Source: an uncultured Methanosarcinales archaeon
Lineage (GTDB): Archaea > Nanobdellota > Nanobdellia > Woesearchaeales > CAYSVS01
Assembly (NCBI GenBank): GCA_964589485.1
Contig: CAZPRK010000001.1
Span: 127,272 to 159,271 of the forward strand
Length of the DNA: 32,000 bases
Direction of reading: 5' to 3'
Position numbers and translations under genes: made by a program. The notes under the pieces were generated by a model, which did no database searches, had not been told where the DNA came from, and was given only the letters and a program-made list of their open reading frames with translations. This document shows, piece after piece, positions 8,138 through 16,884 of the stretch (position 1 is the first letter of the stretch; every line of letters starts with the position of its first letter).

Positions 8138-9076
8138 CTATTTTGGAATTTTGACAATTTCTACTTCTTGCGCAATTGAATCCATATATCCATAATTTAA
8201 CTTAATTTCTAATGGAGTTGAATACGCATATTGATTTTGACTTGGAATGTTGAATGAACAAAAAATAGTTCCCTTTCCATTAACTAATCTAACTTCTCTT
8301 GTAGGGCTACATTTTTCAGGTCTTTGTCCGGCCATTTTAACCTGGTATTGTATTTTGTTAAGGTCATCATATTTTAAATTAAAAGGGCAATCATTATGAT
8401 TAACAACTTTACCTCTTGCAAAATTACTGATTTCAATTCTGAAATGAGCTTTATCTTTTACAGAGTCTACTCTTACAACGTCTACACCAATAGGTGCACC
8501 TTGTCCTCCACCTGTTGAAACATCTCTAACAAGGCATGCTTTATCTTCAACACTTACATCATAAAATTTAGGATCAATACAAACTACTGGGTTCGATAAG
8601 GTTTCATATTGATAACACATAGTTGCCAAAAATTTAGGGTTATATGAATCTGAACCTTCAGGTAATTTTATTATATTTGATTTGAATTCAATGGTTTCAA
8701 TGTCGCCTTGTAAATTAAATTTATTTTTACCTTCAAGTGTTCTAAATCTTTTATTGTTATCAATGCCCCTAAGAATTACTGGGTCATATCCTGTTAAAAA
8801 AACTTTTCCATCTGTTTTATGTGCGCCTTCATTTTTAATTTCTAACACTAAACTTAAATCATTATTATCATAAATTCTTCTTGGAGGAAGATTTTTCATG
8901 AATTTCATTGTAATACCTTTTGTTCCTTGATAAATTTTATCATTAAGAACTCCTCCTCCTGCTGTTTCGGAATTAGCTCTTTTTTGTGCACTTAGCCGAG
9001 AACATCCAGTGCTAAAAATTAAGATTATTATAATTAAAGAAATAATTATCAATCTTTTTTTTATTATCCTATTCAT
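8138..9076 (-). CDS. Secreted lipoprotein candidate (312 aa), paralogue of 7177-8127
   Basis: N-terminal anchor/signal RLIIISLIIIILIFSTGC. Conserved blocks are as listed for 7177-8127. It lies 10 nt upstream of its paralogue on the same strand. Confidence 0.7.
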   Translation of the reverse strand: MNRIIKKRLIIISLIIIILIFSTGCSRLSAQKRANSETAGGGVLNDKIYQGTKGITMKFMKNLPPRRIYDNNDLSLVLEIKNEGAHKTDGKVFLTGYDPVILRGIDNNKRFRTLEGKNKFNLQGDIETIEFKSNIIKLPEGSDSYNPKFLATMCYQYETLSNPVVCIDPKFYDVSVEDKACLVRDVSTGGGQGAPIGVDVVRVDSVKDKAHFRIEISNFARGKVVNHNDCPFNLKYDDLNKIQYQVKMAGQRPEKCSPTREVRLVNGKGTIFCSFNIPSQNQYAYSTPLEIKLNYGYMDSIAQEVEIVKIPK

Positions 9077-9135
9077 TTTATTAATATATTATTTTCATTA
9101 TCAATATATAAAAGCTTTTCGATTATTCATATAAA

Positions 9136-9148
9136 AAAGCTTATAAAT
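9136..9148 (+). promoter_or_regulatory. Candidate BRE/TATA element AAGCTTATAAATA for top6B-top6A, with a GAGG Shine-Dalgarno at 9176-9179
   Basis: The TATA centre lies about 44 nt upstream of ATG 9188. The same AAGC(T/C)T(T)ATAAA string recurs at 24535-24547 and 30715-30727, upstream of hef and rpl3. Confidence 0.35.
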
Positions 9149-9187
9149 AAGTTGTAAATCTATCTAATTTCTTAAAGAGGCGATTTA

Positions 9188-10825
9188 ATGTCAAAAGCAG
9201 AAGAATTAGCAAAAAAGCAAAGAGAAATTGGTGTTGCAGAATTTTTCGCAAAAAATAAACATTTGTTAGGGTTTGATAATAAAAGAAAAGCTTTAATGAC
9301 TACTATTAAGGAAGCAGTAGATAATAGTTTAGATGCATGTGAAGAAGCTAGAATTTTACCTGAAATAATTGTTGAAGTAATCGATATGGGTAACGATAGA
9401 GTTAAAGTTATTATTGAAGATAATGGCCCAGGTATTATTAAAAGTCAAATCCCTAAAATATTTGCAAAATTACTTTACGGAAGTAAATTTCATAGTATGA
9501 AGCAATCAAGAGGACAGCAAGGAATAGGAATAAGTGCTGCTGTAATGTATGGGCAATTAACAACTGGAAGACCTGCTAAAATCGTATCAACAGTTAGTAA
9601 ATCTGCAGATGCTCACTATTATGAATTAAAAATAGATACTCAAAAAAATTCTCCAGAAATTGTTAAAGATCAAATAATAGAATGGGATAAAGAACATGGA
9701 ACTAAAATAGAACTAGATATAGAGGCAACTTATCAAAAAGGTTTACAATCAATTGATGAATATATTAAAGAAACTGCTATTGCAAACTCTCATGCAACGA
9801 TAATTTACACTAATCCTAAAGCTGAACAAATAATTTTTCCAAGAGTTAGTGATGATTTACCTTTAGAATCAAAAGAGATTAAACCACATCCATATGGTGT
9901 AGAGTTGGGAATTCTTATTAGTATGTTAAAATCAACTTCTGCAAAAACATTACAACAATTCCTTACAACTGAATTTGCAAGGATAGGTGGTGGAACTGCA
10001 AAACAAATTTGTGAAAATGGTGCATTATTACCTAATACTAAACCAGGTAAAATGAGCATGGAAATGACAGAGAAATTAATGGAAGGTATTAAAAAAACTA
10101 AATTAATTAACCCTCCAACTGATTGTATTAGTCCTATTGGTCAAGATCAACTTGAAAAAGGGTTAAGAAAAGAAATAAATGCTGAATTTTATGCATCTGT
10201 ATCAAGAAATCCTGTTGTTTATAGAGGAAATCCTTTTGCTATTGAAGCTGCTGTAGCATATGGCGGAGAATTAAGAGGAGATGAAGCAATTCGAACTATA
10301 CGTTTTGCAAATAGAGTTCCTTTATTATACCAACAAGGAGCTTGTGCTGTTACAAAAGCTATTACTCAAACAGGTTGGCGTTCTTATGGTTTAAGTCAAA
10401 GTTCTGGTAATTTACCTATTGGTCCATGCGTAATTACAGTTCATATCGCATCTGTTTGGGTCCCTTTTACAAGTGAAAGTAAAGAAGCAATTGCACATTA
10501 TCCTGAAATTATTAAAGAAATTAAATTAGCGTTACAAGAAATTGGAAGAAAATTAGCAAGTTATGTTAGAAAAAGAAAATCTATCTCTGATGAAGCTAAA
10601 AAAAGAAGTTATATTGAAAAATACATTCCGCATATGGCAATTGGTCTTAAAGAAATTTTAAATTTAAAAGATTCTGAAGAAACTAATGTGATTCATATGC
10701 TTGAAGATATATTGGAGAAAAAAAGGGGAACCCTTGAAAGTTTAGAAATAGATAATAAAGATTATGATGAAGAATTTGCTAAAATAGGTAAAGAGGAGAA
10801 TGAAGATGAGCAAAAAGAAGAATAA
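9188..10825 (+). CDS. top6B: DNA topoisomerase VI subunit B
   Basis: Contains the GHKL/Bergerat ATPase boxes EAVDNSLDA (N-box), DNGPGI (G1) and GQQGIGIS (G2), followed by a transducer domain and an acidic C-terminal tail. Confidence 0.93.
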   Translation: MSKAEELAKKQREIGVAEFFAKNKHLLGFDNKRKALMTTIKEAVDNSLDACEEARILPEIIVEVIDMGNDRVKVIIEDNGPGIIKSQIPKIFAKLLYGSKFHSMKQSRGQQGIGISAAVMYGQLTTGRPAKIVSTVSKSADAHYYELKIDTQKNSPEIVKDQIIEWDKEHGTKIELDIEATYQKGLQSIDEYIKETAIANSHATIIYTNPKAEQIIFPRVSDDLPLESKEIKPHPYGVELGILISMLKSTSAKTLQQFLTTEFARIGGGTAKQICENGALLPNTKPGKMSMEMTEKLMEGIKKTKLINPPTDCISPIGQDQLEKGLRKEINAEFYASVSRNPVVYRGNPFAIEAAVAYGGELRGDEAIRTIRFANRVPLLYQQGACAVTKAITQTGWRSYGLSQSSGNLPIGPCVITVHIASVWVPFTSESKEAIAHYPEIIKEIKLALQEIGRKLASYVRKRKSISDEAKKRSYIEKYIPHMAIGLKEILNLKDSEETNVIHMLEDILEKKRGTLESLEIDNKDYDEEFAKIGKEENEDEQKEE

Positions 10826-11900
10826 TATTGTTGAGGATATAAAAAAGTTATCTCAGGGTATTTATAAAAAAATTATTGCTAAGAAAGCTCCGGAAGTTTC
10901 AATGCCTTTAAGATCTTTAAGTAATGTAAAATATGATGTAAAAGCTGGTTTTTTTGAATTAGTTGGAAAGTTAAAATCAAGAACTTTAACTGCATCAACA
11001 GTAAAAACTTTTGCTCAAACTTTACGAATGATGTCTTTAAGTAAACAATTAGCTGAAACTAATGATATTGCAACAAAAAGAGAAGCTTATTATGTTAGTA
11101 AAAATTGGGCTGAAGCTAGATTTAATGAACAACCTGAATCAGATACAGTTATGGATGACATTGAAGCTATGATGATGGTAAATAGAGAACAAATGGGCTT
11201 TTTACCTGAAGAAAAAGGTGGAGACATTGCAGGCCAATTAACTGTTATAGATTATGATCAAGATACTGGAAAAGAAATTAAAATAGATTGTACTAAATTT
11301 GGTTCTGGTGCATATAGTATTCCTTCAAGTGTCGAGCAACTTAAATTTGAAACTAAAGCAAGTTTTATTTTAGCAATCGAAACAGCAGGTATGTTTCAAA
11401 GACTAGTAAAACATAAATTTTGGAAAAAAGCAAATGGGATTTTAATTTCACTGGGTGGAGTTCCAACTAGGGCAACAAGAAGATTTATTAGAAGGTTAAG
11501 TGATGAAATGAAAATTCCTGTATATGCTTTTACTGACGGAGATCCTTATGGGTATTTGAATATTTATCGTACTTTGAAAGTTGGTTCAGGTAATGCTGCT
11601 CATATAAATGAATATTTTTGTGTACCTAAAGCAAAATTTATTGGGGTAACTGCGCAAGATATTTTAAAATATGATTTACCAACGCATCCTTTGAAAGATG
11701 TCGATATTAAAAGAATTAAAGATGGAATAAAAAATGATCCTTTTGTTATGCATCATAAAGAGTGGCAGAAATGTTTGAATGATTTAGCAAAGTTAAAGAA
11801 AAGAGCAGAGCAACAAAGTCTTGCAGCTCATGGTTTAAATTTTGTAATTTCTGACTATTTGCCAGATAAATTGAAAGATAATAAGTCTTGGCTTCCTTAA
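10800..11900 (+). CDS. top6A: DNA topoisomerase VI subunit A (Spo11 family)
   Basis: Contains a 5Y-CAP region with REAYYVS (catalytic Tyr candidate) and Toprim elements ILAIETAG and [11 protein letters not shown] 10800, or ATG 10806, overlaps the top6B 3' end by 26 or 20 nt. Confidence 0.93.
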   Translation: MKMSKKKNNIVEDIKKLSQGIYKKIIAKKAPEVSMPLRSLSNVKYDVKAGFFELVGKLKSRTLTASTVKTFAQTLRMMSLSKQLAETNDIATKREAYYVSKNWAEARFNEQPESDTVMDDIEAMMMVNREQMGFLPEEKGGDIAGQLTVIDYDQDTGKEIKIDCTKFGSGAYSIPSSVEQLKFETKASFILAIETAGMFQRLVKHKFWKKANGILISLGGVPTRATRRFIRRLSDEMKIPVYAFTDGDPYGYLNIYRTLKVGSGNAAHINEYFCVPKAKFIGVTAQDILKYDLPTHPLKDVDIKRIKDGIKNDPFVMHHKEWQKCLNDLAKLKKRAEQQSLAAHGLNFVISDYLPDKLKDNKSWLP

Positions 11901-11945
11901 TTCTGCGAAACCTTTAAGAATAACATGTTATGTCTTTATTTTAAT

Positions 11946-12020
11946 GGGCCTGTAGCCTAGCCTGGATAGGGCGACAGCCTTCTAAGCTGTAGACCGTGGG
12001 TTCGAATCCCTCCAGGCCCG
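11946..12020 (+). tRNA. tRNA-Arg (anticodon UCU), 75 nt, no encoded CCA, no intron
   Basis: Folded by hand. Acceptor GGGCCTG/CAGGCCC; D-stem GCCT/GGGC with a GG in the D-loop; anticodon stem ACAGC/GCTGT; anticodon loop CT-TCT-AA; T-arm GTGGG-TTCGAAT-CCCTC with one U-U mismatch; discriminator G. A candidate TATA CTTTAAGAATA lies at 11912-11922. Confidence 0.93.
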
Positions 12021-12027
12021 TTTATTT

Positions 12028-12100
12028 GGCGGTGTGGCCAAGCGGCTAAGGCGATCGGCTGCAACCCGATTATTCCTGGGTTCAAGTCCCAGCACCGCCT
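12028..12100 (+). tRNA. tRNA-Cys (anticodon GCA), 73 nt, no encoded CCA, no intron
   Basis: Folded by hand. Acceptor GGCGGTG/CACCGCC; anticodon stem ATCGG/CCGAT; loop CT-GCA-AC; T-arm CTGGG-TTCAAGT-CCCAG; discriminator U73, the classical Cys identity element. It lies 7 nt after tRNA-Arg. Confidence 0.93.
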
Positions 12101-12107
12101 TTTTTTT
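12101..12107 (+). terminator. Oligo-T tract (T7) directly after tRNA-Cys, a candidate archaeal terminator
   Basis: TTTTTTT follows the discriminator base. Archaeal RNA polymerase terminates at oligo-T runs. Confidence 0.4.
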
Positions 12108-12212
12108 GTGATGTTGAAATAGAGAAATTCAAAAAATTCTCATTTTAGCAGGCGGTAGTCACAACCTTTCTTTCCAATACTTTTATATATTTTTTATTTT
12201 TTATTTTATGTT

Positions 12213-12779
12213 ATGGAAATTTTAACAAAAGAAGAATTTAATTATCAAGCTTTATTATTTCAAAAAAAGATTCAAAATAATTCAATTTTTATTTATCCTA
12301 CAGATACTATATATGGTTTGGGTTGTGATGCAACAAATGATGAAGCGATTAATAAATTAAGATCTTTAAAAAAAATGCCAGATAAGCCTATTTCAGTAAT
12401 AGCTCCAAATAAACAATGGATTCTTGAAAATTGTGAAGTGAATGACGAGAAATGGATTAACAAATTACCTGGCCCTTATACTCTTATTTTAAAATTAAAA
12501 AATAAAAAATGTGTAAGCAAATTGATTAACCCTTTAACTGATACAATCGGTGTAAGAATTCCCAATCATTGGTTTTCAGTTTTTGTTGAACAATATGGAA
12601 AACCTATTTGTACTACAAGTGCCAATGTAACTGGGAAATCTTTTATGACTAATTTAGATGACTTGGATAAGGGTATTAAAAAATCAATTGATTTTTGTAT
12701 TTATGAAAAAGAAAAAAAATCAAGAGCTTCTAAAATTATAGATTTATCTAAAGGTGAAATAGAAATAAAAGAGAGATAG
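12213..12779 (+). CDS. tsaC: L-threonylcarbamoyladenylate synthase, short single-domain TsaC/YrdC type (t6A37 pathway)
   Basis: Contains YrdC-fold motifs IYPTDTIYGLGCDA, LRSLKKMPDKPISV, GVRIP and TTSANVTG. At 188 aa it lacks the C-terminal Sua5 domain. Confidence 0.85.
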   Translation: MEILTKEEFNYQALLFQKKIQNNSIFIYPTDTIYGLGCDATNDEAINKLRSLKKMPDKPISVIAPNKQWILENCEVNDEKWINKLPGPYTLILKLKNKKCVSKLINPLTDTIGVRIPNHWFSVFVEQYGKPICTTSANVTGKSFMTNLDDLDKGIKKSIDFCIYEKEKKSRASKIIDLSKGEIEIKER

Positions 12780-12810
12780 ATTTATATTTAATATACTTTT
12801 AATTGCTATT

Positions 12811-13413
12811 ATGAAGATATTAGCAGCAGGAGACATACATGGAGATAGTGCTTTAGCTGAAAAATTAGCAAAAAAAGCTGAAGATGAAAATGTTGATCTA
12901 GTAGTTTTATGTGGAGATTTAACTTATGCTGAACAAAGTACAGATAATATTGTTGGAGCTTTTACTAGTAGAAAACAAAAAGTAATTCTTATTCCAGGAA
13001 ATCATGAAACTGTTGCAACTGCTGACTTTTTATGTGAATTATATGGCGCAACAAATTTACATGGATATTCAATGAAATTTGATGATGTTGCATTATTTGG
13101 AGCAGGTGGAGCTAATGTGGGATTGCATCAAGTAAGCGATAATGAAATATATTCTTTGTTACAGAAAGGGCATGATAAAATAAAAGATGTTTCTAAAAAA
13201 GTAATGGTTACGCATGTACATCCAACAAATACAATGATGTCAAAATTTTCTACAATAGTTCCTGGAAGTCAAGGTGTTACTAATGCAATAAAAGCTTTCA
13301 AACCAGATATTTTACTTTGTAGTCATGTTCATGAAGCAGAAGGAATTGAAGAAATGATGGATGGAACTAAAGTAATGAATGTTGGAAAAGGCGGAAAAAT
13401 ATTTGAGATTTAA
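12811..13413 (+). CDS. Calcineurin-like metallophosphoesterase
   Basis: Contains the motifs GDIHGD, CGDL, GNHE, VTHVHP and SHVHE in canonical order. Confidence 0.8.
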   Translation: MKILAAGDIHGDSALAEKLAKKAEDENVDLVVLCGDLTYAEQSTDNIVGAFTSRKQKVILIPGNHETVATADFLCELYGATNLHGYSMKFDDVALFGAGGANVGLHQVSDNEIYSLLQKGHDKIKDVSKKVMVTHVHPTNTMMSKFSTIVPGSQGVTNAIKAFKPDILLCSHVHEAEGIEEMMDGTKVMNVGKGGKIFEI

Positions 13414-14822
13414 CCCTTAATAACTCCGATAGGTTTTAATCTAGCTACTTTTTTACCAATGTTTGCTTGATGACTAACTTCTACAACTTCGTTAACATCT
13501 TTATAAGAATCAGGAGCTTCTTCAGCAATTCCTCTTTTACTTGCTCCTTTAATTTCAATACCTTTTTCTCTTAAATCGTCAATAACTTTATTGCCTTCAA
13601 ATTTTTTTATAGCTGCATGTCTTGACATTGCTCTCCCTGCTCCATGTGCGGTACTTCCAAAACTTTGTGTCATTGCTTCATTTGTTCCAACTAGAATATA
13701 ACTTTCAGTTCCCATGCTTCCAGGAACTAAAATTGGTTGACCTGCTTTTCTATAAACTTCAGGAATTTCTTTTCTTCCTGGGCCGAAGGCTCTAGTTGCT
13801 CCTTTTCTATGAACGTAAACTTTTTTCTTTTCACCATTAATTTCATGTTCTTCAACTTTACAAATATTATGTGCAACATCATATAAAGTTTCTATATTAG
13901 CTTCAGGAAAAGTTTGTTTTATAGTTTTTTTAACATTATGGCCTATTACATGTCTATTTGCCCATGCAAAATTTGCAGCTGCAGACATTCCTTTTAGATA
14001 ATTATTAGCAATTTCACTTCCTGCAGGAGCATATGCTAATTCTCTTTCAGGAAGTTCTTTAATTAAATCAGGATAAGTTTTTTCAATCTGTCTTAAGTAA
14101 TCACTACATACTTGATGGCCTAATCCACGGCTTCCGCAATGTATCATTATAGTTATTTGTCCTTTTTTTATTTTGAAAGTTTTTGCAATTTCTTCATCAA
14201 AAATTTCATCTACGTATTGAATTTCAACAAAATGGTTTCCACTTCCTAAAGTTCCTAATTGTTTTATTCCTCTACTTTTTGCAGTTTCGCTTATGAAGTT
14301 TGAATCTCCTTCTTCTAAAAAACCAAATGATTCACAATTTTCTACATCTTGTTGATTTCCATAATTATTTTTAACTGCCCAGTTTGCTCCATTGTTTAAA
14401 ATTTCATTTAGTTGGTCATTAGTTAATTCAATTGAACTCTTTTTTACTCCTGTTGGAACAGCATTGAATAAATTTATAACTAATTCTCTTACTTTAGATT
14501 TAATTTCATTATAATTTAAATTAGTTCTTAATAATCTAACACCGCAGTTAATATCGTAACCTATCCCGCCAGGTGATATTCCGCCTTCTTTGATGTCTAA
14601 GGCTGCAACTCCACCGATTGGGAAACCATAGCCCTGATGACCATCGGCCATCACTAAACTATATTTTTGAATTCCTGGTAAAGAAGCAACATTTTTTCCT
14701 TGTTGCATTGTCCTATCTTGTTGCATTTTTTCTAATAATTTTTTAGAAGCAAAAACTCTACAAGGAACATTCATTTTACTTTCCTTAGGAACTTCCCAGA
14801 TATAATTTGATATTTTGTTCAT
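13410..14822 (-). CDS. rtcB: RNA-splicing ligase RtcB (3'-phosphate/5'-OH ligase)
   Basis: Contains GYDINCGVR, GSGNHFVE, HCGSRGLGHQ, VAHNI and STAHGAGR (nucleotidylated His region). At 470 aa it has no intein. Confidence 0.95.
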   Translation of the reverse strand: MNKISNYIWEVPKESKMNVPCRVFASKKLLEKMQQDRTMQQGKNVASLPGIQKYSLVMADGHQGYGFPIGGVAALDIKEGGISPGGIGYDINCGVRLLRTNLNYNEIKSKVRELVINLFNAVPTGVKKSSIELTNDQLNEILNNGANWAVKNNYGNQQDVENCESFGFLEEGDSNFISETAKSRGIKQLGTLGSGNHFVEIQYVDEIFDEEIAKTFKIKKGQITIMIHCGSRGLGHQVCSDYLRQIEKTYPDLIKELPERELAYAPAGSEIANNYLKGMSAAANFAWANRHVIGHNVKKTIKQTFPEANIETLYDVAHNICKVEEHEINGEKKKVYVHRKGATRAFGPGRKEIPEVYRKAGQPILVPGSMGTESYILVGTNEAMTQSFGSTAHGAGRAMSRHAAIKKFEGNKVIDDLREKGIEIKGASKRGIAEEAPDSYKDVNEVVEVSHQANIGKKVARLKPIGVIKG

Positions 14823-14853
14823 TTTTGAATGCTATTATTTAACCTTTAAATAA

Positions 14854-15255
14854 CTAATGGTCTACTACAACTTGTAACATAACTTTATCTCCTTTAACTA
14901 TTTCCATTTCTTGGTATGTTGGAGCTTTAATGTGTGTGTGGATTTCATAATTAGATACTATATCTCCTATTACTTTAGCTTTCAAATTATTTTCTTTTAT
15001 TTCTAAACTTACTATTTTAGATAATAGGAAATCTTCTGAATCTAAGGCTATAATAAACCACTCTAAGAAATCATATAATAAAGATTTTTCATCTTCTGCA
15101 GTTATTTCTATGTTTTTTTCGATTTTTTTCTTAATATCATCTGTACAAATAACATTTTTTAAAGCATAAGCTGCATTACAAAATGCTTCTTCTAAATTTT
15201 TACCATATGCTCGAAATTTTACATCCGCGGTATGTTCTAAATATTCGTAGTTCAT
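14854..15255 (-). CDS. Archease (RtcB activator)
   Basis: Contains the N-terminal YEYLEHTADVKFRAYG motif. It is 133 aa and lies 31 nt upstream of rtcB on the same strand. Confidence 0.9.
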   Translation of the reverse strand: MNYEYLEHTADVKFRAYGKNLEEAFCNAAYALKNVICTDDIKKKIEKNIEITAEDEKSLLYDFLEWFIIALDSEDFLLSKIVSLEIKENNLKAKVIGDIVSNYEIHTHIKAPTYQEMEIVKGDKVMLQVVVDH

Positions 15256-15390
15256 ATTATTAAAATAATAAAGAAGTATATAAAAATTTAGTTGGGAAGT
15301 CTTTGTTTGAACTTTGCAAAATGGTAATTATCCTTAGGAACTTGAAATTTGTGTAAAAACACATTAGTTCTAATCAAATCCACTTGGAAA

Positions 15391-15663
15391 TTATTCATCT
15401 TGTTCCTCTGGATTATAACTTGGCACTGCTGCTTTACTTATAATCATAATATCACCAATACTTTTTACTAATTGATGAGGAACTATTACACCTTTTGCAC
15501 TACCTAAAACTTGATTTAAGTATGAGTTTCTACTTGCCTTTACTTTCCATCCAAATAACTTGTTACTTGTCAAGATACTTTCTTCAATATCTCCAAAGTA
15601 ATCTCCATGATCTGTAAAAACTTTCATTTCGTATGTTTCAGAAATTCTCTTTAGTTTAAGCAT
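15391..15663 (-). CDS. Stand-alone PRC-barrel domain protein (90 aa), second copy in the window
   Basis: Contains VFTDHGDYFGDIEESIL ... VIVPHQLVKSIGDIMIISK, which parallels the motifs of ORF 5515-5778. It has an acidic tail. Confidence 0.65.
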   Translation of the reverse strand: MLKLKRISETYEMKVFTDHGDYFGDIEESILTSNKLFGWKVKASRNSYLNQVLGSAKGVIVPHQLVKSIGDIMIISKAAVPSYNPEEQDE

Positions 15664-15780
15664 GATATCACCTTATTTTGAAGTTAGCGATGATGTTTAT
15701 ATACTTTTCTGTTTTTTTGTAGTGTCTTATTGGTGGTTAAACTCAGTTAGTTTTATAAGTATTTTCTTCCTATCAGTAAT

Positions 15781-16884
15781 ATGATGAAATGGTTATTACC
15801 TACTGTCGCGGCATTATCTATTGGAGCTACTTCTCTCTCTAGGAAAAATATAGATGAAGTAGTAAATTCTGATTTAAATTCTACTACTATTTCAAGTAAA
15901 AGTAGTTCTATTTCAGTTGATTATAGTTCTATAGTACAAATTATTGATAAACATAGAATTGTAAATTCAAAAATGTCTAAAGGGTTTAAAGCCATTGCTT
16001 TATCAAATTTAGCAGAGGGTATTGTAAAATATACTATTGAAAATCCAGAAAATAAGACTGAATCAATAGACTTATTAGAGAAAATATTACAAGATGTTTT
16101 ATTTGAAAGTGTATCTCCAATAAAAGGAGGTTTATTTGATACGTCTAATTATAAAAATCATAATTTGTATTTAACACATACTAATATTATTCTTGGATGT
16201 ATTGAATTATTAACAAAAAATAATAAACATTCAAAACTTCATAAACAAATTACTAACCATTTAGTTGATAAAAGTTTAGAACATAAAACCAGTACTGCGA
16301 TTTCGTATCAAAAACAAAATTTAAGGTGGCCAGCAGATCAAACAGCCTTATTGTTTTCTCTATATTTATACGATAGAGTAAATAATTCTTCTATTAGTAA
16401 AAAACCTATAAAGAAATGGCTAAATTATATGTCATATAAAGGTATAGATCCAAAAACAAATTTACATATTTCTGGTTTTTCTGGAAATAAGAAAGATAAA
16501 CTTCCAAGAGGTTGCGCACTATCGTGGAGTGTTTATTATATGTCTTATTTCGCACCAATAGAAGCTAAACAACTTTGGACTAATTTCAATAAACATTTCA
16601 AAGAAGATTATTTTTTTGTAGCGGGTTTTAGAGAATGGCCTAAGAATGTTAGTTATTCTAGTGATGCTGACAGTGGACCTATAATTTATGGCATAGGTGT
16701 ATCTGCTACTGGGTTTGGACTTAGGGCTGCCTATTCAATGAAGGATACTGAAACAAGAGATAAAATATTAAATTCATATTCTATTTTACAAAATTTAGCA
16801 AAACCTTTAGGTTTTAATTTATCTAGTATAAATGGTGTTTTAGGTTCATCTCTTCTTTTTAATATATCAAAAACAAAATTATAG
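15781..16884 (+). CDS. Hypothetical protein (367 aa) with an N-terminal hydrophobic signal or anchor
   Basis: N-terminus is MMKWLLPTVAALSIGATSL. The remainder looks helical-repeat-like and is W/Y-rich (WPADQTALLFSLYLYD, GCALSWSVYYMSYF, GFREWPKN). I cannot place the family. Its stop abuts the stop of the convergent 838-aa gene. Confidence 0.6.
   Translation: MMKWLLPTVAALSIGATSLSRKNIDEVVNSDLNSTTISSKSSSISVDYSSIVQIIDKHRIVNSKMSKGFKAIALSNLAEGIVKYTIENPENKTESIDLLEKILQDVLFESVSPIKGGLFDTSNYKNHNLYLTHTNIILGCIELLTKNNKHSKLHKQITNHLVDKSLEHKTSTAISYQKQNLRWPADQTALLFSLYLYDRVNNSSISKKPIKKWLNYMSYKGIDPKTNLHISGFSGNKKDKLPRGCALSWSVYYMSYFAPIEAKQLWTNFNKHFKEDYFFVAGFREWPKNVSYSSDADSGPIIYGIGVSATGFGLRAAYSMKDTETRDKILNSYSILQNLAKPLGFNLSSINGVLGSSLLFNISKTKL

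Noticed and set aside
6329-10059. Short antisense ORFs 6329-6562 (in rfcS), 7487-7684 and 8682-8873 (in the lipoprotein genes), and 9805-10059 (in top6B)
   Set aside because: Each lies wholly within a better-supported opposite-strand gene and has no start context or motifs.
12108-12212. GC-rich patch GCAGGCGGTAGTCACAACC after the tRNAs, considered as a split-tRNA half or small RNA
   Set aside because: It has no D-arm or T-arm consensus (no GG D-loop context, no GTTCGAATC). It has no stable extended helix and no C/D-box (RUGAUGA...CUGA) pairs. Only a weak imperfect hairpin (GAGAAATT...AAATTCTC) lies nearby.
15350-15363. Hairpin TGTGT-AAAA-ACACA, 28 nt downstream of the second PRC-barrel gene, considered as a terminator
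   Set aside because: It is only a 5-bp stem with no trailing oligo-T on the transcribed (minus) strand apart from the loop. It is too weak to call and could be chance in AT-rich DNA.
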